Assembly: GCF_009914755.1 (NCBI RefSeq)
Contig: NC_060933.1
Strand: one strand, 5' to 3'
DNA from: the human T2T-CHM13v2.0 reference genome, Homo sapiens
Length of the DNA stretch: 64,000 nucleotides
Under the pieces are notes generated by a model. It searched no databases, was not told where the DNA came from, and was given only the letters and a program-made list of their open reading frames with translations. Shown here in pieces: positions 26,401 through 39,334 of the stretch. Each line of letters starts with the position of its first letter. The stretch's first letter is position 1. The position numbers and the translations under genes are program-made.

Positions 26401-29400
26401 CGGAAAGGAATGGAATGGAATGCAATGGAATGGAATGGAATGGAATGGAATGGAATGGAATCAACGCGAGTGCAGGGGAATGGAATGGAATGGAATGCAA
26501 TGGAATGGAATCTTCCGGAATGGAATGCAATGGAATGGAATGGAATGGAATGGAATGGAAACAACGCGAGTGAAGGGGAATGTAATGGAACGGAATGCAA
26601 TGGAATGGAATCATCCGGAATGGAATGGAATGGAATGGAATGGAATGGAATGGAATGGAATCAACCCGAGTGCAATGGAATGGAGCGGAATGGAATGGAA
26701 TGGAATGGAACAACCCGAATGGAATGGAATGTAATGGAGAGTAAGGGAGTTGAATAGAATCAATCCGAATGTAATGGAATGGAATGCAACGGAATGGAAT
26801 GGAATGGAATGGAATGGAATGGAATGCAATGGAATTGAATCAACCCGAGTACAATGGAATGGAATGGAATGGAATGGAATGGAATAGAATGGAATGGAAT
26901 GATACGGAATAGAATGGAATGGAATGGAATGGAATGGAATGAAATGTAATGGAATGGAATCGAATCAACCCGAGTGCAGGGGAATGGAATGGAATGGAAT
27001 GCAATGGAATGGAATCATCCGGAATGGAATGGAATGGAATGCAATGGAATGGAATGGAATGCAATCAACCCGAGTGCAATGGAATGGAGGGAAATGGAAT
27101 GGAATGGAAGGGAAACAACCATAATGGATTGGAATATAATGGAGTGTAAGGGAATTGAATAGAATCAATCTGAATGTAATGAAATGGAATGGAACGCAAT
27201 GGAATGGAATGGAATGGAATGGAATGGAATGGAATGGAATGGAATGGAATGCAATGGAATGGAATCAACCCGAGTGCAATCGAATGGAATCGAATGGAAT
27301 GGAGTGCAATGGAATGGATTCAACTTGAATGGAATGGAAAGAATGGAATCAACACGAGTGGAATGGCATGGATTGGAATGGAATGGAATGGAATCAACCC
27401 GAGTACAGGGGAATGGAATGGAATGGAATGCAATGGAATGGAATCATCCGTAATGGAATGGAAAGGAATGGAATGGAATGGAATGGAATGGAATGGAATC
27501 AACTCGATTGCAATCGAATGGAATGGAATGGAATTAACCCGAATAGAATGGAATGGAATGGAATAGAATGGAACGGAACGGAACGGAATGGAATGGAATG
27601 GAATGGAATGGAACGGAACGGAACGGAATGGAATGGAATGGAATGGAATGGAATGGAATGGAATGGAACGGAAAGGAATGGAATGGAATGGAATGGAATG
27701 GAAAGGAATGGTATGGAATGGAATGGAATGGTACGGAATAGAATGGAATGGAAGGAATTGGAATGGAATGGAATCGAATGGAATGGAATGGAATGGAATG
27801 GAATCAGCGCGAGTGCAGGGGAATGTAATAGAACGGAATGCAATGGAATGGAATCATCCGGAATAGAATGGAATGGAATGGAATGGAATGGAATCAACCC
27901 GAGTGCAATGGAATGGAGTGGAATGGAATGGAATGGAATGGAACAACCCGAATGGAATGGAATGTAATGGAGAGTAAGGGAGTTGAATAGAATCAATCCG
28001 AATGTATTGGAATGGAATGGAACGGAATGGAATTGAATAGAATGGAATGGAATGCAATGGAATGGAATCATCCGTAATGGAATGGAAAGGAATGGAATGG
28101 AATGGAATGGAATGGAATGGAATGGAATCAACTCGATTGCAATCGAATGGAATGGAATGGATTTAACCCGAATAGAATGGAATGGAATGGAATGGAACGG
28201 AACGGAATGGAATGGAATGGAATGGAATGGAATGGAACGGAAAGGAATGGAATGGAATGGAGTGGAATGGAATGGAATGGAATGGAATCAACGCGAGTGC
28301 AGGGGAATGGATTGGAATGGAATGCAATGGAATGGAATCTTCTGGAATGGAATGGAATAGAATGGAATAGAATGGAATCAACCCGAGTGGAATGGAATGG
28401 AGTGGAATGGAATGGAATGGAATGGAACAACCCGAATGGAATGGAATGGAATGGAGAGTAAGGGAGTTGAATAGAATCAATCCGAATGTAATGGAATGGT
28501 ATGGAACGGAATGGAATTGAATGGAATGGAATGGAATGTAATGGAATGGAATGCAATGGAATGGAATCAAACCGAGTGCAATCGAATGGAATCGAATGGA
28601 ATGGAATGCAATGGAATGGATTCAACTTGAATGGAATGGAAAGAATGGACTCAACACAAGTGGAATGGCATGGATTGGAATGGAATGGAATGGAATCAAC
28701 CCGAGTACAGGGGAATGGAATGGAATGGAATGCAATGGAATGGAATCATCCGTAATGGAATGGAAAGGAATGGAATGGAATGGAATGGAATGGAATGGAA
28801 TGCAATGGAATCAACTCGATTGCAATCGAATGGAATGGAATGGAATTAACCCTAATAGAATGGAATGGAATGGAATGGAACGTAACGGCATGGAATGGAA
28901 TGGAATGGAATGGAATGGAATGGAATGGAATGGAACGGAACAGAATGGAATGGAAAGGAATGGAATGGAATGGAATGGAATGGAATCAACGCGAGTGCAG
29001 GGGAATGGAATGCAATGGAATGCAATGGAATGGAATCTTCCGGAATGGAATGGAATGGAATGGAATGAAATGCAATGGATTCAACTCGATTACAAAGGAA
29101 TGGAATAGAATGGAATGGAATGGAATGGAATTAACCCGAATAGAATGGAATGGAATGGAATGGAACGGAATGGAACGGAATGGAATGGAATGGAATGGAA
29201 TGGAATGGAATGGAATGGAATGGTATGGAATGGAATGGAATGGAATCAACTCGATTGTAATGGAATGGAATGGAATGGAGTGGAATGGAATGGAATGGAA
29301 TAGAATTAACCCGAATACAATGGAATGAAATGGAATGGAATGGAATGGAGTGGAATGGAATGGAATCAACCCGAGTGCAGGGGAATGGAATGGAATGGAA

Positions 29401-31329
29401 TGCAATGGAATGGAATCATCCGTAATGGAATGGAAAGGAATGGAATGGAATGGAATGGAATGGAATCAACCCGAGTGCAATGGAATGGAGTGGAATGGAA
29501 TGGAATGGAATGGAACAACCCGAATGGAATGGAATGTAATGGAGAGTAAGGGAGTTGAATAGAATCAACCCGAATGTAATGGAATGGAAGGGAACGTAAT
29601 GGAATGGAATGGAGTGCAATGGAATGGAATCAACCCGAGTACAATGGAATAGAATGGAATGGAATGGAATGGAATGGAATGGAATGGAATGGAATGGAAT
29701 CAACCCGAGTGCAATGGAATGGAGAGGAATGGAATGGAATGGAATGGAAACTATCCGAATGGGATGGAATGTAATGAAGTGTAAGGGAATTGAATAGAAT
29801 CAATCCGAATGTAATGGAATGCAATGGAATGGAATGCAATGTAATGGAATGGAATGGAATGGAATGGAATGCAATGGAATGGAATCAACCCGAGTGCAAT
29901 CGAATGGAATCGAATTGAATGGAATGCAATGGAATGGATTCAACTTGAATGGAATGGAAAGAATGGAATCAACACGAGTGGAATGGCATGGAATGGAATG
30001 GAATGGAATGGAATCAACCCGAGTACAGGGGAATGGAATGGAATGGAATGCAATGGAATGGAATCATCCGTAATGTAATGGAAAGGAATGGAATGGAATG
30101 GAATGGAATGGAATGGAATGGAATGGAATCAACTCGATTGCAATCGAATGGAATGGAATGGAATTAACCCGAATAAAATGGAATGGAATGGAACGGAACG
30201 GAACGGAACGGAATGGAATGGCATGGAATGGAACGGAACGGAACGGAATGGAATGGAATGGAATGGAATGGAATGGAATGGAATCAACGCGAGTGCAGGG
30301 GAATGGAATGGAATGGATTGCAATTGAATGGAATCTTCCGGAATGGAATGGAATGGAATGGAATGGAATGGAATGGAATGGAATGCAATGGATTCAACTC
30401 GATTGCAATGGAATGGAATAGAATGGAATGGAATGGAATGGAATGGAATGGAATTAACCCGAATAGAATGGAATGGAATGGAACGGAATGGAACGGAACG
30501 GAATGGAATGGAATGGAATGCAATGGAATGGAATGGAATGTAATGGAATGTTATGGAATGGAATGGAATGGAATGGAATCAACGCGAGTGCAGGGGAATG
30601 TAATGGAACGGAATGCAATGGAATGGAATCATCTGGAATGGAATGGAATGGAATGGAATCAACCCGAGTGCAATAGAATGGAGTGGAATGGAATGGAATG
30701 GAATGGAACAAACCGAATGGAATGGAATGTAATGGAGAGTAAGGGAGTTGAATAGAATCAATCCGAATGTAATGGAATGGAATGGAACGGAATGGAATGG
30801 AATGGAATGGAATGGAATGGAATGCGAAGGAATGGAATCAACCCGAGTACAATGGAATGGAATGGAAGGAATGGAATGGAATGGAATGGAATGGAATGGA
30901 ATGGAACTGAATGGATTGGAATTGAATGGAATGGAATGGCTTCAAACCGAATGGAAGGGAAAGGAATGGAATCAACACGATTGGAATGGAGTGGAATGGA
31001 ATGGAATAGAATGGAATGGAATGGTACAGAATAGAATGGATTTCAACGAAATGGAATGGAATAGAATGGAATGGAATGGAATGGAATGGAATGGAATGGA
31101 ATGGAATCGTTCCGAGTGGAATAAGAGGGAATGTATTCGAGGAATCAACCAGAGTGGAATGGAAGGGAATGGAATGGAATGGAAACTAATAGAATGGAAT
31201 CAACCCGAGTGGAATGGAATGGAAAGGACTGGAATGGAATGGAATGGAATGGAATGGAATGGAATCAACTCGATTGTAATGGAATGGAATGGAATTGAAT
31301 GGAATGGAATGGAATTAACCCGAATACAA

Positions 31330-34300
31330 TGGAATGGAATGGAATGGAACGGAATGGAGTGGAATGGAATGGAATCTACCCGAGTGCAGGGGAATGGAAT
31401 GGAATGGAATGCAATGGAATGGAATCATCCGGAATGGAATGGAATGGAATGGAATGCAAAGCAATGGAATCAACTCGATTGCAATGGAATGGAATGGAAT
31501 GGAAAGGAATAGAATGGAATCAACCCGAGTGGAATGGAATGGAAAGGACTGGAATGGAGTGGAGTGCAATGGACCGGAATGGAATGGAATCAACTCGATT
31601 GGAATGGAGTGGAATGGAATTTGAATGGAATGGAATGGAATTAACCCGAATAGAATGGAATGGAATGGAATGAAATGGAATGGAATGGAATGGAATTAAC
31701 GCGAATAGAATGGAATGGAATGGAATGGAAAGGAATGGAAGGGAATGGAATGGAATGTAATCAACCCGAGTGCAGGGGAATGGAATGGAATTGAATGCAA
31801 TGGAATGGAATCATCCGGAATGGAATGGAATGGAATGGAATGGAATGGAATGGAATGGAATGAACCCGATGTAATGGAATGGAATGGAATGGAATGGAAA
31901 CATCCCGAATGGAATGGAATGTAATGGAGTGTAAGGGAATTGAATAGAATCAGTCTGAATGTAATGGAATGGAATGGAATGAAATGGAATGGAATGGAAT
32001 GGAATGGAATCAAACCGAGTGCAACGGAATGGATTCGAATGGAATGGAATGGAATGGAAAGGAATAGAATGGAATCAACCCGAGTGGAATGGAATGGAAA
32101 GGACTGGAATGGACTGGAATGGAATGGAATGGAATGGATTCAAATCGATTGGAATGGAATGGAATGGAATGGAATCAACTCGATTGCAATGGAATGGAAT
32201 GGAATGGAATGGAATGGAATGGAATGGAATGGAATGGAATGGAATGGAATGGAATTAACCCGAATAGAATGGAATGGAATGGAATGGAACGGAATGTAAT
32301 GGAATGAAATGGAATGGAATCAACCCGAGTGCAGGGGAATGGAATGGAATGGAATGCAATGGAATGGAATAATCCGGAATGGAATGGAATGGAATGTAAT
32401 GGAATGAAATGGAATGGAATCAACCAGAGTGCAGGGGAATGGAATGGAATGGAATGCAATGGAATGGAATAATCCGGAATGGAATGGAATGGAATGGAAT
32501 GGAATGGAATGGAATTGAATGGAATCAACTCGATTGCAATGGAATGGAATGGAATGGAAAGGAATGGAAGGGAATGGAATGGAATGTAATCAACACGAGT
32601 GCAGGGGAATGGAATGGAATGGAATGCAATGGAATGGAATCATCCGGAATGGAATGGAATGGAATGGAATGGAATGGAATGGAATGGAATCAACTCGATA
32701 GCAATGGAATGGAATGGAATGGAAAGGAATGGAAGGGAATGGAATGGAATGTAATCAACCCGAGTGCAGGGGAATGGAATGGAATGGAATTCAATGGAAT
32801 TGGATCATCCGGAATGGAATGGAATGGAATGGAATGCAATCAACCCGATGCAATGGAATGGAGTGGAATGGAATGGAATGGAATGGAAACATCCCGAATG
32901 GAATGGAATGGAATGGAGTGTAAAGGAATTGAATAGAATCAATCCGAATGTAATGGAACGGAATGGAATGAAATGGAATTGAATGGAATGGAATGGAATC
33001 AACCCGAGTGCAATGGAATGGATTCGAATGGAATGGAATGGAATGGAATGGATTCAACAAGAATGGAATGGAAAGGAATGGAATCAACCCGAGTGTAATG
33101 GCATGGAATAGAATGGAATGGAATGGAATGGGATGGAATGGAATGGTACGGAATAGAATGGAATGGAATGAAATGGAATGGAATGGAATGGAATGGAATG
33201 GAATGGAATGGAATGAACCCGTGTGCAATGTAATGGAATGGAATGGAATGGAATGGATTCAACTCGAATGGAATCAACTCGATTGCAATGGAATGGAATG
33301 GAATGGAAAGGAATAGAATGGAATCAACCCGAGTAGAAAGGAATGGAAAGGACTGGAATGGAGTGGAATGGAATGGAATGGAATTAACCCGAATAGAATG
33401 GAATGGAATGGAATGGAACGGAATGTAATGGAATGGAATGGAATGGATTCAACCCGAGTGCAGGGGAATGGAATGGAATGGAATGCAATGGAATGGAATC
33501 ATCCGGAATGGAATGGAATGGAATGGAATGCAAAGCAATGGAATCAACTCGATTGCAATGGAATGGAATGGAATGGAAAGGAATAGAATGGAATCAACCC
33601 GAGTGGAATGGAATGGAAAGGACTGGAATGGAGTGGAATGGAATGGAACGGAATGGAATGGAATCAACTCGATTGGAATGGAGTGGAATTGAATTTGAAT
33701 GGAATTGAATGGAATTAACCCAAATACAATGGAATGGAATGGAATGGAATGGAATGGAATGGAATGGAATTAACCCGAATAGAATGGAATGGAATGGAAT
33801 GGAAAGAAATGGAAGGGAATGGAATGGAATGTAATCAACCCGAGTGCAGGGGAATGGAATGGAATTGAATGCAATGGAATGGAATCATCCGGAATGGAAT
33901 AGAATGGAATGGAATGGAATGGAATGGAATGGAATGAAACCGATGCAATGGAATGGAATGGAATGGAATGGAAACATCCCGAATGGAATGGAATGTAATG
34001 GAGTGTAAGGGAATTGAATAGAATCAGTCCGAATGTAATGGAATGGAATGTAATGAAATGGAATGGAATGGAATGGAATGGAATCAAACCGAGTGCAATG
34101 GAATGGATTCGAATGGAATGGAATGGAATGGAAAGGAATAGAATGGAATCAACCCGAGTGGAATGGAATGGAAAGGACTGGAATGGACAGGAATGGAATG
34201 GAATGGAATGGATTCAAATCGATTGGAATGGAATGGAATGGAATGGAATGGAATCAACTCGATTGCAATGGAATGGAATGGAATGGAATGGAATGGAATG

Positions 34301-34405
34301 GAATGGAATGGAATGGAATGGAATGGAATTAACCCAAATAGAATGCAATGGAATGTAATGGAACGGAATGTAATGGAATGAAATGGAATGGAATCAACAC
34401 GAGTG
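31330..34405 (+). repeat. ~1 kb segment duplicated at 2074-bp offset (~31330-32330 and ~33405-34405) within a compositionally distinct sub-block
   Basis: ORFs 31696/33770, 31940/34014, 31989/34063 and 32089/34163 are all offset by 2074. Shared variants: GCAAAGCAAT, GGAAACATCCCGAAT, AATCAGTCYGAAT, GGATTCAAATCGATT. Confidence 0.85.
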
Positions 34406-36312
34406 CAATCGAATAGAATCGAATGCAATGGAATGCAATGGAATGGATTCAACTTGAATGGAATGGAAAGAATGGAATCAACACGAGTGGAATGTCATGG
34501 AATGGAATGGAGTGGAATGAAATCAACCCGAGTCCAGGGGAATGGAATGGAATAGAATGCAATGGAATGGAATCATCGGTAATGTAATGGAAAGGAATGG
34601 AATGGAATGGAATGGAATGGAATGCAATGGAATGGAATGGAATGCAATCAACTCGATTGCAATCGAATGGAATGGAATGGAATTAACCCGAATAGAATGG
34701 AATGGAATGGAATGGAACGGAACGGAACGGAACGGAACAGAATGGAATGGAGTGGAATGGAATGGAATGGAATGGAAGGGAACGGAAAGGAACGGAATGG
34801 AATGGAATGGAATGGAATGGAATGGAATGGAATGGAACGGAACGGAACGGAATGGAATGGAATGGAATGGAATGGAATGGAATGGAATTGAAAGGAATAA
34901 ACGCGAGTGCAGGGGAATGGAATGGAATGGAATGCAATGGAATGGAATCTTCCGAAATGGAATGGAATGGAATGGAATGGAATGGAATGGAATGGATTCA
35001 ACTCGATTGCAATGGAATGGAATAGAATGGAATGGAATGGAATAGAATGGAATCAACCCGAGTGCAGGGGAATGTAATGGAACGGAATGCAATGGAATGG
35101 AATCATCCGGAATGGAATGGAATGGAATGGAATGGAATGGAATGGAATGGAATCAACCCGAGTGCAATGGAATGGAGTGGAATGTAATGGAATGGAAAGG
35201 AACAACCCGAATGGAATGGAATGTACTCGAGAGTAAGGGAGTTGAATAGAATCAATCCGAATATAATGGAATGGAACGGAATGGAATGGAATGGAATGGA
35301 ATGGAATGGAATGGAATGGAATGGAATGCAATGGAATGGAATCAACCCGAGTGCAATGGAATGGAATGGAATGGAATGGAATGGAATGGAATGGAATGGA
35401 ATGGAGTCAACCCGAGTGCAATGGAATGGAGAGGAATGGAATGGAATGGAATGGACACTACCCGAATGGAATGGAATGTAATGGAGTGTAAGGGAATTGA
35501 ATAGAATCAATCCGAATGGAATGGAATGGAATGGAACGGAATGTAATGTAATGGAATGGAATGGAATCAACCCGAGTGCAGGGGAATGGAATGGAATGGA
35601 ATGCAATGGAATGGAATCATCCGGAATGGAATGGAATGGAATGCAATGGAATGGAATGGAATGGAATCAACCCGAGTGCAATGGAATGGAGTGAAATGGA
35701 ATGGAATGGAATGGAAACAACCAGAATGGATTGGAATATAATGCAGTGTAAGGTAATTGAATAGAATCAATCTGAATGTAATGAAATGGAATGGAACGGA
35801 ATGGAATGGAATGGAATGGAATGGAATGGAATGGAATGCAGTGGAATGGAATCAACCCGAGTGCAATCGAATGGAAACGAATGGAATGGAATGCAATGGA
35901 ATGGATTCAGCTTGAATGGAATGGAAAGAATGGAATCAACACGAGTGGAATGGCATGGATTTTAATGCAATGGAATGGAATCAACCCGAGTACAAGGGAA
36001 TGGAATGGAATGGAATGTAATGGAATTGAATCATCCGTAATGGAATGGAAAGGAATGGAATGGAATGGAATGGAATGGAATGGAATGGAATGGAATGGAA
36101 TCAACTCGATTGCAATCGAATGGAATGGAATGGAATTAACCCGAATAGAATGGAATGGAAAGGAATGGAACGGAACGGAATGGAATGGAATGGAATGGAA
36201 TGGAATGGAAAGGAAAGGAATGGAATGGAATGGAATGGAATGGAATGGAATCAACGCGAGTGCAGGGGAATGGAATGGAATGGAATGCAATGGAATGGAA
36301 TCTTCCGGAATG

Positions 36313-36448
36313 GAATGGAATGGAATGGAATGGAATGCAATGGATTCAACTCGATTGCAATGGAATGGAATAGAATGGAATGGAATGGAATGGAATGCAA
36401 TGGATTCAACTCGATTGCAATGGAATGGAATAGAATGGAATGGAATGG
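36313..36448 (+). repeat. 60-bp local tandem duplication
   Basis: GCAATGGATTCAACTCGATTGCAATGGAATGGAATAGAATGG occurs at ~36337 and again exactly 60 bp later. Confidence 0.85.
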
Positions 36449-37320
36449 GATGGAATGGAATTAACCCGAATAGAATGGAATGGAATGGAATGGAATGGAA
36501 CGGAACGGAACGGAATGGAATGGGATGGAATGGCATTGTATGGAATGGAATGGAATGGTACGGAATTGAATGGAATGGAAAGAATTGGAATGGAATGGAA
36601 TCGAATGGAATGGTGTGGAATGGAATGGAATGGAATGGAATCAACCCGAGTGCAGGGGAATGTAATGGATCGGAATGCAATGGAATGGAATCATCCGGAA
36701 TTGAATGGAGTGGAATGGAATGGAATGGAATGCAATCAACCCCAGTGCAATGGAACGGAGTGGAATGGAATGGAATGGAATGGAACAACACGAATGGAAT
36801 GGAATGTAATGGAGAGTAGGGGAGTTGAATAGAATCAACCTGAATGTAATGGAATGGAATGGAACGTAAATGAATGGAATGGAATGGAATACAATGGAAT
36901 GGAATCAACCCGAGTACAATGGAATAGAATGGAATGGATTGGAATGGAATGTAATGGAGTGGAATGGAATGGCATGGAATGGAATCAACCCGAGTGCAAT
37001 GGAATGCAGAGGAATGGAATGGAATGGAATGGAAACTACCCGAATGGGATGGAATGTAATGAAGTGTAAGGGAATTGAATAGAATCACTCCGAAAGTAAT
37101 GGAATGGAATGGAACGGAATGGAATGGAATGGAATGGAATGGAATGGAATGGAATGGAATGCAATGGAATGGAATCAACCCGAGTGCAATCGAATGGAAT
37201 CGAATTGAATGGAATGCAATGGAATGGATTCAACTTGAATGGAATGGAAAGAATGGAATCAACACGTGTGGAATGGCATGGATTGGAATGGAATGGAATG
37301 GAATCAACTCGAGTACAGGA

Positions 37321-38944
37321 GAATGGAATGGAATGGAATGCAATGGAATGGAATCATCAGTAATGGAATGGAAAGGAATGGAATGGAATGGAATGGAATG
37401 GAATGGAATGAACTCGATTGCAATCGATTGGAATGGAATGGAATTAACCCGAATAGAATGGAATGGAATGGAATGGAACGGAACGGAAAGGAATGGAATG
37501 GAATGGAATGGAAAGGAACGGAACGGAACGGAACGGAACGGAATGGAATGGAATGGAATGGAATGGAATCAACGCGAGTGCAGGGGAATGGAATGGAATG
37601 GAATGCAATGGAATGGAATCTTCCGGAATGGAATGGAATGGAATGGAACAACCCGAATGGAATGGAATGTAATGGAGAGTAAGGGAGTTGAATAGAATCA
37701 ATCCGAATGTAATGGAATGGAATGGAACGGAATGGAATTGAATGGAATGGAATGGAATGCAATGGAATGGAATCAACCCGAGTGCAATGGAATGGAGAGG
37801 AATGGAATGCAATGGAATGGAAACTACCCAAATAGAATGGAATGTAATGGAGTGTAAGGGAATTGAATAGAATCAATCCGAATGTAATGGAATGGTATGG
37901 AACGGAATGGAACGGAATGGAATGGAATGTAATGGAATGGAATGGAATGGAATGCAATGGAATGGAATCAACCCGAGTGCAATCGAATGGAATCGAATGG
38001 AATGGAATGCAATGGAATGGATTCAACTTGAATGGAATGGAAAGAATGGAATCAACACGAGTGGAATGGCATGGATTGGAATGGAATGGAATGGAATCAA
38101 CCCGAGTACAGGGGAATGGAATGGAATGGAATGCAATGGAATGGAATCATCAGTAATGGAATGGAAAGGAATGGAATGGAATGGAATGGAATGGAATGGA
38201 ATGAACTCGATTGCAATCGATTGGAATGGAATGGAATTAACCCGAATAGAATGGAATGGAATGGAATGGAACGGAACGGAAAGGAATGGAATGGAATGGA
38301 ATGGAAAGGAACGGAACGGAACGGAACGGAACGGAATGGAATGGAATGGAATGGAATGGAATCAACGCGAGTGCAGGGGAATGGAATGGAATGGAATGCA
38401 ATGGAATGGAATCTTCCGGAATGGAATGGAATGGAATGGAACAACCCGAATGGAATGGAATGTAATGGAGAGTAAGGGAGTTGAATAGAATCAATCCGAA
38501 TGTAATGGAATGGAATGGAACGGAATGGAATTGAATGGAATGGAATGGAATGCAATGGAATGGAATCAACCCGAGTGCAATGGAATGGAGAGGAATGGAA
38601 TGCAATGGAATGGAAACTACCCAAATGGAATGGAATGTAATGGAGTGTAAGGGAATTGAATAGAATCAATCCGAATGTAATGGAATGGTATGGAACGGAA
38701 TGGAACGGAATGGAATGGAATGTAATGGAATGGAATGGAATGGAATGCAATGGAATGGAATCAACCCGAGTGCAATCGAATGGAATCGAATGGAATGGAA
38801 TGCAATGGAATGGATTCAACTTGAATGGAATGGAAAGAATGGAATCAACACGAGTGGAATGGCATGGATTGGAATGGAATGGAATGGAATCAACCCGAGT
38901 ACAGGGGAATGGAATGGAATGGAATGCAATGGAATGGAATCATC
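37321..38944 (+). repeat. 793-bp near-perfect tandem duplication (~2 copies)
   Basis: ORFs 37444/38237, 37463/38256, 37304/38097 and 37863/38656 are offset by 793 and identical or nearly so. Shared private variants: CATCAGTAAT, GAATGAACTCGATTGCAATCGATTGG, ACTACCCAAAT. One visible difference (AAATAG vs AAATGG at ~37834/38627). Confidence 0.92.
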
Positions 38945-39334
38945 CGTAAAGGAATGGAAAGGAATGGAATGGAATGGAATGGAATGGAATGGAATGGAAT
39001 GGAATGGAATGGAATCAACTCGATTGCAATCGAATGGAATGGAATGGAATTAACCCGTATAGAATGGAATGGTACGGAACGGAATGGAATGGAATGGAAT
39101 GGAATGGAATTGAATGGAATGGAATGGAACGGAATCAACGCGACTGCAGGGGAATGGAATGGAATGGAATGCAATGGAATGGAATCTTCCGGAATGGAAT
39201 GGAATGGAATGGAATGGAATGGAAAGGAATGGAACGGAACGGAACGGAATGGATGGAATGGAATGGAATGGAATGGAATGGAATCAAAGCGAGTGCAAGG
39301 GAATGGAATGGAATGGAATGCAATGGAATGGAAT

